Part shown: positions 27,821-38,287 of the stretch, one piece after another
How the letters are laid out: every line of letters starts with the position of its first letter
Numbering within the stretch: position 1 is the first letter of the stretch
Assembly: GCF_018350175.1 (NCBI RefSeq)
Contig: NC_058368.1
Coordinates: 119,724,001-119,788,000, forward strand
DNA from: Felis catus
Taxonomy: Eukaryota
Direction of reading: 5' to 3'
DNA length: 64,000 nt
Translations under genes and position numbers: made by a program
Notes under the pieces: generated by a model
Seen by the model: the letters and a program-made list of their open reading frames with translations, nothing else
What the model was told of the DNA's origin: nothing
Databases searched by the model: none

Positions 27821-27839
27821 CCCTCCCAAACTCTTATAT

Positions 27840-28270
27840 TGATCCAGTCAACAAATGTTTGTTAATCACTTATTTTGTTGCCTCTCACTATCCTGGACAC
27901 AGGGAACAGTACAATTTCCTCCCTTCATGGGAAAGACGAACAATAAGCAAGAAACAGATACATCTTGGTCAAGTGCTGGAAAGATGATAAACATGAGGAG
28001 CTGGGTGAACTGAGTAGGTGTGGGTGGACCAGGGAAGGCCCCCCTCTAATCAAAACTCTTTTTGCTTTCCCTCTATGGGGGATGGACCCATAGGAAGATT
28101 GGACCATTGGAAGATGACCAAAGCTTAGAGCACTGGAGTGAACAGCAGGAAATGTGGCTTTGGAGGAAGGGCAGAGTGTGTGGGCCATGGGAAAGAGTAT
28201 GGATTGTATTCCGACAACAGTGATCAACCCATGATGGGTTTGAAGCAGATTAGTAACATGATCTATGTTT
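27840..28270 (-). mobile_element. L2 fragment
   Basis: 'cagtcaacaaatgtttgttaatcac...gtgggccatgggaaagagtatggattgtattc'. Confidence 0.7.
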
Positions 28271-28284
28271 TCATTAAAAAAAAA

Positions 28285-28460
28285 ATTAAATTTTATGTTA
28301 GCGGTAGAGTGCAAGCCAGGGAAAGGGGCAGAGGGAGAGAGAGAGAAAGAATCCAAAGCAGGCTCCACACCAATGGGGAACTCAATCCCATGACCCTGGG
28401 GTCATGACCTGAACCAAAACAAGAGTGGGACGCTCAATCAACTGGGCCACCCAGGTTTCC
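28285..28460 (-). mobile_element. Can-SINE (short type)
   Basis: 'gaatccaaagcaggctccacac...tcatgacctgaacc...ctgggccacccagg'. Confidence 0.9.
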
Positions 28461-29149
28461 CTCCTCTGAAATATTTTTATCTGTCTCTACACATGTAATG
28501 TGAATCTTGTAAAGATTCACCAGACAGGCCAGGCTTTCTCATACCTTATAACTATTGAGGAAATATGCGTAGGAAACTGTTCTTCCCCCTTTAATCCTTA
28601 CTGCACCAAGTTCCCCAAATGCTCGTGGATGCAAAGTAGAACATTATTTTACAAGGGACAGACCTAGCTGCTTCTGTGGAGCTGATTCACCAGTTCTTAC
28701 ACTATGGATTAGCTGGTCTTCTTGCCCTTTTCACTGAGGAACCTGCAGTGTTCTTTTGTCTCATCTGTTCTCCCTCCCTGTGACCCTTACAGCACAAGAC
28801 ACAGACCTATGCATGACCTTTATCACTTGTATTGTCATTAAATGTTACCTTACCCTGATCTTCTGTTTGTGAGCTCTTTGAGGGCTGGGAATTAATCTTA
28901 CTCACTTTCGTATTTCCAGTCATAATCACAGAGCCAGGTCCAGGTGCTCCAAAAAGGACGGGCAGGAGAGTGAACAGTGTGGTGAGAATATAATGGATTA
29001 TCCCAGATTGGAACACATTTGAGGGAAAAGTGATGTGATGAATGATTATGCTGGATGACAGTGTAAGGTTGGACTGGACATGTTGAACTGGGATCTATGG
29101 TAACTTTTATAACCACTGCAATGACTTATGGGTGAAAGTGTGAACTCTA

Positions 29150-29379
29150 GGGGGTGCCTGGGTGGCTCAGTCGGTTAAGCACCCAATTCCTGATTTTGGC
29201 TCAGGTCATGATCCCACAGTTTGTGAGATGGAGTCCCAAGCTCAGAGCCTGCTTGGGATTCTCTCTTTCCCTCCCTCTCTCTGCCCAGCCTCTACTCACC
29301 CACACGCTCTGTCCCTTTGTGCCTATTCCCTGCTTGAGCTCTCTTTCTCAAAATAAATAAATTTTTAAAAATAAAAAAA
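29150..29379 (+). mobile_element. Can-SINE
   Basis: Head, CT tract and A tail; TSD aaagtgt(g/t)aactcta. Confidence 0.93.
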
Positions 29380-31319
29380 AAAGTGTTAACTCTACAATTC
29401 TAGAGGTCTTTTCTGAGGTGCTAGTACTCCACTTGCCCTGGCTGGTTTAGACCAACGGTTCTCAAATGGGTCTCACAGGAGACATAATAGTATAGGAAGC
29501 GTTTGTAGGTGGCAAGGGCATCAAGATTAAATGACATAGATTTCCACTTTCATAATGTAATTCCATGCTCAATTCTGCTTTAGCTTTTCTAATTATTACA
29601 TAGGTGATCTCTGTTTTGTGGCAGATTATCTTTAACTCCCTCAAGTCCCTGCTAATCTCACTTTTTTAATGAAAAGTGAACAAGCCTCAGGATCAGAGCT
29701 TTTGAACAGGAAATGGTATTTGTTTGGAATTTAATGTTATTTTGTTAATTATATTCATTTTGTGGTTTCCTTTTCTTTATGGAAAATAATGATCATTTTC
29801 CAGATAGGATGAGAATATAAAATTTCATTCTTCCGTGAATCTTTGGAAGTAAAAAGTACAAGATTTAAATATATACGATAAAGGTCATACACAAATTTTG
29901 GCAAAAACCATGGAGCTGATGTAAAATGACTTAACATTTGGGAAACTAGATTAGACCAATGATTCCTAGCCTTGTTTCTGAGCCTACCCTTAAGGTGCAC
30001 ATTTACTGAAAAATAGTCATATGAAATTAATATAAATTAATGTAATTTAGGAAAATATATATGCCATGTATATTTCTATTTTTATTTATTTTTACAATAT
30101 TTTTCTCATTATAAGGATTAGGCATGTTTATTTTTGGAATATAGGTCCCAGAAAATATATAATGGCATAAAAATTAAAAAATGCATAATGGCATAAAGAT
30201 AAAGAACTCAGAACAGTATACTATAGGGACAAACACATTTAAGATGTGAGTTGTTTTCTTTCTTGCTTGCTTTTTTTTTGTTGTACTTTTTGGAAATTGA
30301 TGAGATGATTTTGAATCTCAAAATGTTAATATGTATGTAAATCTGAATTTACATAAAAGAAATGAAAGGGTTATGGTTTTGTTTATTAAAAACAATTAAC
30401 AATAGAATGACTTTAAGTATCAAACCTTCCCCTGTGTACTTAAAAGTTTAATTTACTCCAAATTTATATACATACAATATTAAGCACAATACTTGTCAAG
30501 CAATTTAACACATACCTTTAATAAATAAAATTTCATACAATTTCAATTATAATGAGATGAGTGAAGGTTCCTTTTGGAAATCATGCACTTAAACCCTGGC
30601 TTTTCTTACTTGCCAGAGACATACACTTTTCAGTTATTTGCAAACTTACTTTCCTACTAATGGAAGGATAAAAACATGCCAGATTGAGCTGTATTTTAAT
30701 TTTCAGTGAAAGGAAATGGCTTTGGCCCTACTGCCATACCAAGCCAACAGGTGTAGGAAAATAATTAACCACTCATACACATGGTACTCGTATTGGAAAT
30801 GTCTATTTACAATTTTTTTCCCCAAAGCAGAACATTAACATGATGTAATATTATTACCTTAATCCCAAGCAACCAGCAACAATAATAACCACTCCACACC
30901 AATATTGGAACGTGGTGTTCCAATGAAAGTTTCATTTTCCTCTCCCTCACTAAGCATTTCTCTACTGAGACGAACGACAACTCCATTACTTGATTTTGAT
31001 GTTCTAAGGTGAGAGAGGTTTACATTATAGGATCTTGTTATAGTACTTTGTCAGTAAATGTGATGGAGCTAAGAGGACAACCCATCACCTTGAAATAAAT
31101 TCCAGTGGTTCATTCCACCTGGCTCCACTCAAATACTAACAATTCTCAAGACTATAGTCTCCAGGAAGGCTAGAAATCCATGAGGTTCGCTTTATCTTCT
31201 GTGCCTGAAACAGTGCTCGGTTCCTAAAGGACCCTTCAGTGTTGTTGAATGAATGAGCCATCATTATAATAGCAGCTATTTCTAAATACCCAAGATGTAT
31301 TTAGATTTACCCAAGATGT

Positions 31320-31536
31320 GGGTGTCTGGGTGGCTTGGTGGGTGATGCATCCAACTCTTGATTTTGGCTCAGGTCATGATCTCCTGGTTTGTAAGTTCAA
31401 GCCCTGTGTTGGGCTCTGTGCTGACAGCGAGGAGCCTGTTGGGGATTCTCTCTCTTCTATCTCTGCCCCTCCCCTGCTCATACACACACATACACACTCT
31501 CTCTCAAAATAAATAGGTGGGCTTAAAAAAAAAGTT
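31320..31536 (+). mobile_element. Can-SINE with complex 5' junction
   Basis: TSD taaatacccaagatgta at 31283-31299 and 31537-31553. Confidence 0.93.
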
Positions 31537-32964
31537 TAAATACCCAAGATGTAATAGGTGCTATTATTTACTGTACCAACTCCAGTTCTAGTAACAGCTA
31601 AACCTGTAGTGGATTATTATCTGCGTTGTCTCATTGAGGAAACAGGCTCAGAAATGTTAATATGCCAAGTTCATACAGTGAAGGGATTAGGATTCAAAGC
31701 TAAATATGTCTGATGCCAATGCTTCCGTTTTTTTCTCCTACAGAATGGAAAGTGTTATATGACCTCAAAAAGGGTGTCATACATAAAAATGAAAACTCCA
31801 ATGGTGCAGATTCAATTTCTTTTGGGTTATCTAGTAACATTATCCAAAAAAAAAAAAAAAGAAAAAAAAAAGAATCCATGTTTGTTTCTGGGATTTTCCC
31901 ATTGGCTTGCCTCTGAAGGGCTGGGAAGAACCTTTGGTAAGTGACGGTTATTAAAACTTTTAGGCTCTGTTAAGAAAAAAAAAACAGCATATGTGTATGT
32001 ATGAGTAATATGTATATGTGTGTCAGTCCATTTTTTTCAATCTTTTGTTGCTGCCTAATCTCTCTTCAGCAACCTGGCAGCCGGGGATTGCTAAAGGGCT
32101 CACACTTCATATCAAGTATCAAGTCAGGGGCATCTTGACTTGATACTTCCTTCCTACCCATTGCGTCTCTTCAGCAGCTGGGCCACCTTTTGAGGTGACT
32201 GGGCAGCCATGGCCAGAAAGAGCCCAGGATCCCTGCAGAAGGGAGCAGAGGGCAGTGCAAAATAGCCCTCCAGGAGACGAGAACGTCAAAAATATTTGTT
32301 CACCAGAGTTTGCAGTTCCCTGCAGTTTTATAAATAATTCACTTGGGTAATGTTTTATCAAGAACTGCACAATTGTGTCAAAAGCCTGAGAATCTGATGG
32401 GCTTAAAAAAATTCTTAATCGAAAAACATCAAGGCTTTGACTGGATACCTTTATCCTTTTTTCCTTCTTGGAAAAAAAAAATCTGTAACACGCAAATGAG
32501 TTTGTTGTAATTGCCCACCTAGTGTGTAAAATTTCGGCTTCAGTGTCACGCTTAACAGGGAATGTGCATAAGTACATGAAGCCAGCCGAGCATTCAAGGT
32601 TTCTATTTGTTGTTTTTCTTTACCAGCCAGCAGTTGGACACTGTGCTCGTCTTCAGGAAGAAGTCGTTAAATCAATTCTTTATTTAACCTCTTTGCTGAC
32701 TTATGTTCCCTGTCCTATGACGAAGGTATTTTAGTCCACCTGCTCCTTATTAAGCATGAATTCCCCTCATAGTGTTTTAATCCACTGGTTTGCATTTCTG
32801 GACATACATCCCTTGCATGAACTAATAGTAAAATCTATTTCTCTGGTCACAAGGTGAAATAGGCAAGAATATGTGAATGATTCATGAAACTCCATCATCG
32901 CTCAGGAGAGATTCTAAGTTATTTGCCAAAGATGGTGACTCTTTAGAGAAGATGGATAGAATTG

Positions 32965-33205
32965 ATTTAGTGGTAAAAGTGTGTGATCTGGGTCAGATGA
33001 CCTAGTTTGTAGCTAAGCTACACCACATGTGAACTGTGTGACCCTGACCACCCTCTTTAACTCTCTGTGTCTCAGCTTCCCTGCCAATTAACTGTAGATA
33101 ATAATTATTCCTACCTAAGAAAGTTTCTGTAAGGATTAAGCAAGTTAATAAATGGAAGGCACTCAGGGCAGGGCTAGAGCAGAGGATGCACTTTGTAAAT
33201 GTAGC
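32965..33205 (+). mobile_element. MIR
   Basis: 'ctgtgtgaccctg...ttaactctctgtgtctcagcttcc...tgtaaggattaag'. Confidence 0.8.
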
Positions 33206-33604
33206 TGCTCTGAGTCATTTTGTCTCAACACACTTTCTGGGTGAAGCTCTTCCTCCTGACATATAGCAAATGTTAATTAAGTAAGTGCACACATGTTTCC
33301 TGGAGTTTCCACCCCGAAGCTGTGGACATATCGGATTTTCTGTTTTTTATTCTGCTTTCCATCACCAGGTTAAATTTAATGGATCAGTGCTGTCCTTTTG
33401 TACCCTAGATTTTCCATATAAGATTCCCACAGAAGGATGCACATGACCAGTGGACGGGGCAAAACAAAGAGGAGGCAAAACAAAGAGGCAGTCTATCAAA
33501 TTAGCTGCCATTCTTTTCCTCCAGTGACAAATCTATAGTGATCAATTTGAGCTGCAAAGACTTTAAGCTTTTACTTTTTCTGCTTCTCAACAATCTCTTT
33601 GAAT

Positions 33605-33992
33605 TGTTAAAAGACAAACTGAGGCCTATTAAAATTTTTAAAAGGTGATTTGAACAAAAATCAATTTGAATCAGGCAGCATGTAATCTGGCAGATAGAGA
33701 GGAGCTCCAAGGAGTTGCACACAATGAAAGACTTTCATAAGCAGAAGGGAGCAGGAACAAGGAAGTTATACTAGGCAAAAGAACAGGTTGGTAATTGCAA
33801 GGTTACCTTCCTTTAGGGGACAGCAGAGGCCTATCAGGCAGATTACTTAACTAGTACTGACAGGATGATTCTTTTTTAAGTGAATATTCCGTTTCACAGA
33901 AAGCCAAAATTGTAATTAGGTCTTGCTTTGGTGGTATTAAGCTTAGCATAGGCAGCTCCATTTTGGGCAGACCTGTTGCCTCGTTTTCAACA
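33605..33992 (-). mobile_element. 3' LTR of the provirus
   Basis: tgttaa...tcaaca; aligns with 37583-38438 (for example 'aaggttaccttcctttagggga' is identical in both). Confidence 0.9.
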
Positions 33993-34006
33993 ATTCCCCT
34001 CATTTT
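33993..34006 (-). other. Polypurine tract
   Basis: Minus strand aaaatgaggggaat abuts the 3' LTR. Confidence 0.85.
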
Positions 34007-34140
34007 ACTGGACTCTCTGCCTACCTGAGAGAGGTCTTTAAAATTTAAGGCATGAGTGCCACTCTCAGCTAACTCTGGGGTTCTCACAGTTTTTGCTGAA
34101 TCTCTGTGTGATATTCACAGGTCACAACTTCAGATTCACA

Positions 34141-34402
34141 TGTTTTTAGTAAGTTTTTAATTTTAATTCCAATATGGTGAACACACAGTGTTATTTTAGT
34201 TTCAGGTGTCCAATACAGTGATTCAACAATTCCACACATCACTCAGTGCTCATCATGACAAGTATACTCCTTAATCTCCATCACCTATTTAACCTATCCC
34301 CTCCATCCACCTCCCCTCTAGTAACCATCAGTTTGTTCTCTATAGTTACACATCTGGGTCTTAATTTGTCTCTTTCTCTCCTTTTTTCCTTTCCTCATTT
34401 GT
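34141..34402 (-). mobile_element. 5'-truncated carnivore L1 3' end inserted in the ERV
   Basis: 'agtttcaggtgtccaatacagtgattcaacaattcc...cctcccctctagtaaccatcagtttgttctctatagtt'; TSD aa(c/g)ttcagattc at 34126-34137 and 34403-34414. Confidence 0.9.
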
Positions 34403-34479
34403 AAGTTCAGATTCTTTTAGTTGGTCATTATCTTTGTTCCTTTTCCAACATTCTATTCATCAGGAGATCTTTTGTTTGT

Positions 34480-34958
34480 GGGAGGTTGGCTGTGAACATG
34501 CATTTTGAGAGAATTTAGTGCACCAAGAAGACTTATGATTATTATAAGCAGGATAACTTCCAATATTTGGAATGCACTTTGGAGGCTTGGTCTCCAAGAC
34601 CCAAACCAATGAGAATCAAATAAGTAAAGGAAGTTCCCATAGAAGGCATCACTTTCTTAAGCCAACTGGCTTATTCATTGATCTCACGTAGCTGGGTCCC
34701 AACTTCCCCAGAGATGTTAATCCAAGTGCAGGTGATATTTGCCATAGCATAAACACCTTCTTCCTCAGCTAAAATATAATTAAAGACTTATACTATTACG
34801 AGAACAAGTTTGGTCAGAGAGTCTAGGGATTTTGTTGGGCAGCTATTATTTTGCCAGCAGATTCGGGGATAAGTGCAAGAATTAAGGAACAATGTCTTCC
34901 CATGCATTAACAAAGAAGAAAAGCAAGGCGCAAAAAGGCAGAAGAATAAAGGTTTCAT
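34480..34958 (-). pseudogene. env: env remnant: signal-peptide-like start joined to a decayed gamma-type TM subunit
   Basis: Manual minus-strand translation across frameshifts gives IAAQQ/KSLDSLTKLVL/../YILAEEEGVYAMANITCTWINISGEVGTQLREINE*ASWLKKV/../LFDSHWFGSWRPSLQSAFQILG/VILLIIII, i.e. heptad repeat, decayed ISD/CX6CC region and membrane anchor. Confidence 0.85.
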
Positions 34959-35100
34959 ACTGGGGATGAACATTTTGATCCGTGATCTTGGGAAAGCTGC
35001 CCACCTCAAGATGCCGTCTGCTTCTGGGGAGAAACCTCCCTAGTCAATTTTAATTTTAGATTTCCAGCTGGTGTACAGTTCCAAGAGTCTGAAAAAACCC

Positions 35101-35218
35101 TTTTTAATTGGGATATATGAACCTAAAGTTCAAGTCCCTAAAGTTTGGCTGCTATTTGGGTAGTGAGAAGAACCTGGTATCATCTCTTCCAAGGACATTC
35201 AAGGGCGGTCTTTGTTCT
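35101..35218 (-). pseudogene. pol: Integrase C-terminal (GPY/F module) remnant
   Basis: Single-frame translation RTKTALECPWKR*YQVLLTTQIAAKL*GLEL*VHISQLK resembles the class I WKGPYxVLLTT..WIHxSxLK motif. Confidence 0.85.
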
Positions 35219-36269
35219 TCATAATTCCAAACCAGAAGGGTGGGAGAGAATTTGGAAACATTAGTTTTTGAAAAGTCATAACCAGATATTTGAGGAAACT
35301 AGAGGAATTCAGCATCCAATTCACTTTACAGGTATGGAACAAACCTTAAAGACAATTAGCAGGATTAGAATTTAAATACAGATAAAGGTCCAAAGATAAT
35401 TTCTCTCTCTATAATCAACCTCATTTTACCAAAGATAATCACAGTAAAGCTAATTTGTTTGCATTAAACTTGGCATGGTATTATTTACCTAAGTCCAACA
35501 AGAATTCCTTTATAAGAAATCTCAGATTGAACTCTTAAAGCCTTTTGAGGGTAGGAAATCAAGCCCAGGACTTGCCATCAGATGTGTCCTCAGACTTCGC
35601 CTGTAATACCTATAGATTTGGGTGAATTCTTCCCTTTTTGAGGTTCCACAGATATCTTGTTTCCTGTGCCTGCCAGGACATCACCTTTTTTACTTTCCTG
35701 GTAAGGCAGCTGGGAACCGTTGTAAGCAAGGTCTTTCCAAGGGGCTTTATTAGCTCCATAAAGTAAACCTTAGTTCCTTAAAGCTGTGGCCCTGAGTCAA
35801 TATACGTTCTCAAATATGACATTCCAGCGAAGGCCTTGGCAATATAACCAATGTTTCCAATTGTGTCCTGTTACAAGGAGAACAGTATGAAAGAGACTAT
35901 CCTCCCAAGATCCAGAGTCACTCTCAAAGATAACCAAAACAGACAATTCCCCCTAAGAACCAGCAGGAGTTGGTGGGACCCTAAGAAAGAAAGCAGGGCA
36001 ACCTACATTTCTGCCCAGCCATATTTTGGAGAACCCCAATCTCACGATTGTCAACCTAAGTTGGTAGGACACAAAATGAGACAAACAAGAAGGCAGTAGC
36101 TGTCTCTGGGAAAGGACCAACAACTAATGGTACCCGAGAGCAAATTCATGAGTCACAATTCAAAGACCTAATTGTTACAAATGTTTTTGTTTTTGTTGTG
36201 TTTGTTTGGTTTTTTCTTGCCAATCTGAATTTGGAAAGGAAGAGGCAAGGACATTTTACCTTCCTCTAT

Positions 36270-36960
36270 CGACCAGGCACCGCAGATAGAGATAGGAGAG
36301 CCGACTTTGGTACAAACGCTTACCCTTTAGGTGGCCTCGGCCAGTTTTCCCAGAATGCCCCTGCCGGCCGCCGAGAGAGCACGATGCCCCAGCGTTCTCG
36401 TCCTGGTCACCAGATACGTCAGAGGAGGACCAATATCTCCTTTCCCTCACGGCGAGGGCTCGGCTGGGACGCCTTTGTCCGGAGGGCACCGCGCACGTGC
36501 ACGAGCCGCTCCCGGACAGAAGAGCTCCCGCGAGGCCACGGTAACGCGAGACGGTCTTTGCGGAGCTTCAGCTGCTCGTGCAGCCTTCCAGCGGAAGGGC
36601 TCGCCGCCCACCCTCCGCCGACCCGCCCCGGCCCCGCAACCGGGCGGTTTTTACAGCGGACGCCGAAAAACCCGAACTCAGTCCCCCTTCACAGTCGGAC
36701 CCGGTCCGGTTTCTAAGCTGGAACCAGTCCGGCCCCGAACTTCTTCCGGTTTTGAAGTCGGACTAAGTCTGCCGTGGGACCCGGCCTGGTTTCGAAGTCA
36801 GACCCAGTCCGACTCCGGGCGGCTTGTGGGTCCAGTCAGGAAGAAGAAATGTTCCAGGAACGCTTGAGAGCTTCTCACGTAAAAGCTGCTGGGACCTCAC
36901 AGGGGCGTCCCCATCACCTCCCGAGGCAGCGAGAAGCAGCGAGAAGCAGCGAGCTCAAGG
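36270..36960. promoter_or_regulatory. CpG island inside the ERV leader/internal region
   Basis: About 65 CpGs counted by hand in about 690 bp in an otherwise CpG-depleted window; contains a GC box (cccgcccc), an E-box (cacgtg) and ETS-like cores (cggaag/cttccg). Confidence 0.8.
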
Positions 36961-36970
36961 ATCCTGTTGC

Positions 36971-37554
36971 TGGAGCTCAGGGGGCTCAGCAGGTACCTGG
37001 GTCTGGTTGCTGGAGCTCAAGGGGCTCAGCAGGTGCCCTGGTCTGGTTGCTCGAGCTCAGGGGGCTCAGCAGGTACCTGGGTCTGGTTGCTCCAGCTCAA
37101 GGGGCTCAGCAGGTACCTACCTGGGTCTGTTTGCTCGAGCTCAGGGGGCTCAGCAGGTACCTACCTGGGTCTGGTTGCTCGAGCTCAGGGGGCTCAGCAG
37201 GTACCTGGGTCTGGTTGCTCGAGCTCAGGGGGCTCAGCACGTACCTGGGTCTGTTTGCTCAAGTTTAAGGGGCTCAGCAGGTACCTACCTGGGTCTGGTT
37301 GCTGGAGCTCAAGGGGCTCAGCAGGTACCTACCTGGGTCTGGTTGCTCGAGCTGAGGGGGCTCAGCAGGTACCCAGGTCTGGTTGCTGGAGCTCAAGGGG
37401 CTCAGCAGGTTCCTGGCTCTGGTTGCTGGAGCTCAAGGGGCTCAGCAAGTTCCTACCTGGGTCTGGTTGCTCCAGCTCAAGGGGCTCAGCAGGTTCCTGG
37501 CTCTGGTTGCTGAACCTCTAGGGGAGCAGCAGGTACCTACCTGGGTCTGGTTGC
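36971..37554. repeat. Minisatellite of 14 units (eight 40-bp, six 44-bp), consensus t(g/c)gagctca(a/g)ggggctcagcaggt[acct]acctgggtctggttgc
   Basis: Units parsed directly; 44-bp units carry an extra acct. Confidence 0.97.
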
Positions 37555-37560
37555 TCCTGG

Positions 37561-37578
37561 TTCCCTCTTCCATCACCA
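37561..37578 (-). other. Degenerate tRNA primer-binding site
   Basis: Minus strand TGGTGATGGAAGAGGGAA begins 4 nt after the 5' LTR end; tRNA identity uncertain (loosely Ser-like). Confidence 0.7.
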
Positions 37579-37617
37579 GGACTGTGAAAACAAAAACATG
37601 AGGCATATTACAATTTC

Positions 37618-37848
37618 TTTTTTTTTTTTTTTCTTTTTTTTTTTTCAACGTTTATTTATTTTTGGGACAGAGAGAGACAGAGCATGAACGGGCGAGGGGC
37701 AGAGAGAGAGGGAGACACAGAATCGGAAACAGGCTCCAGGCTCTGAGCCATCAGCCCAGAGCCCGACGCGGGGCTCGAACTCACGGACCGCGAGATCGTG
37801 ACCTGGCTGAAGTCCGACGCTTAACCGACTGCGCCACCCAGGCGCCCC
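37618..37848 (-). mobile_element. Young SINEC_Fc in the 5' LTR
   Basis: CpG-intact body, long T tract; perfect 14-bp TSD catattacaatttc at 37604-37617 and 37849-37862. Confidence 0.98.
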
Positions 37849-38092
37849 CATATTACAATTTCAAGACGTTATGTGGGCAAAAATGGATTCGGATCCAGCA
37901 ACATCCAATCTAGCAGATCGAAAGGAGCTCCGAGGAGCTGTACAGAACGAAAGACATTTACAGCCAGAGGGGAGCAGGAACGAAGAGGTTACACTACTAG
38001 ACAAAAAGGCAGGTTAGTTGTTGGAAGGTTACCTTCCTTTAGGGGATGGAGGGGTCTATCTGGCAGAATAAGTAGTGCTGATCAGGAAATTC

Positions 38093-38287
38093 TTCTTTTG
38101 TTTATTTATTTAATTTGAGAGAGAGAGAACATGGAGCAGGGGAGGGACAGATACAGAGGGGAGTCCCAAGCAGGCTCCGCACTGCCAGCATGGAGACCCA
38201 TGCAGGGCTTGAACCCACGATGCATGAGATCATGATCCTATCGGATACCAAGAGTCAGATGCTCAGGGGACTGAGCCCCCCAGGTGC
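38093..38287 (-). mobile_element. Older Can-SINE in the 5' LTR
   Basis: Degenerate TSD tgctgatcaggaaattc / tgctgatgaggggattc. Confidence 0.9.

Noticed and set aside
36971..37554. CRISPR-like array
   Set aside because: The units are contiguous with no unique spacers, and the DNA is mammalian
36198..37601. Long overlapping plus-strand ORFs (164-229 aa)
   Set aside because: They arise from stop-poor GC-rich sequence and the 40/44-bp minisatellite, are antisense to the ERV, and resemble no protein family
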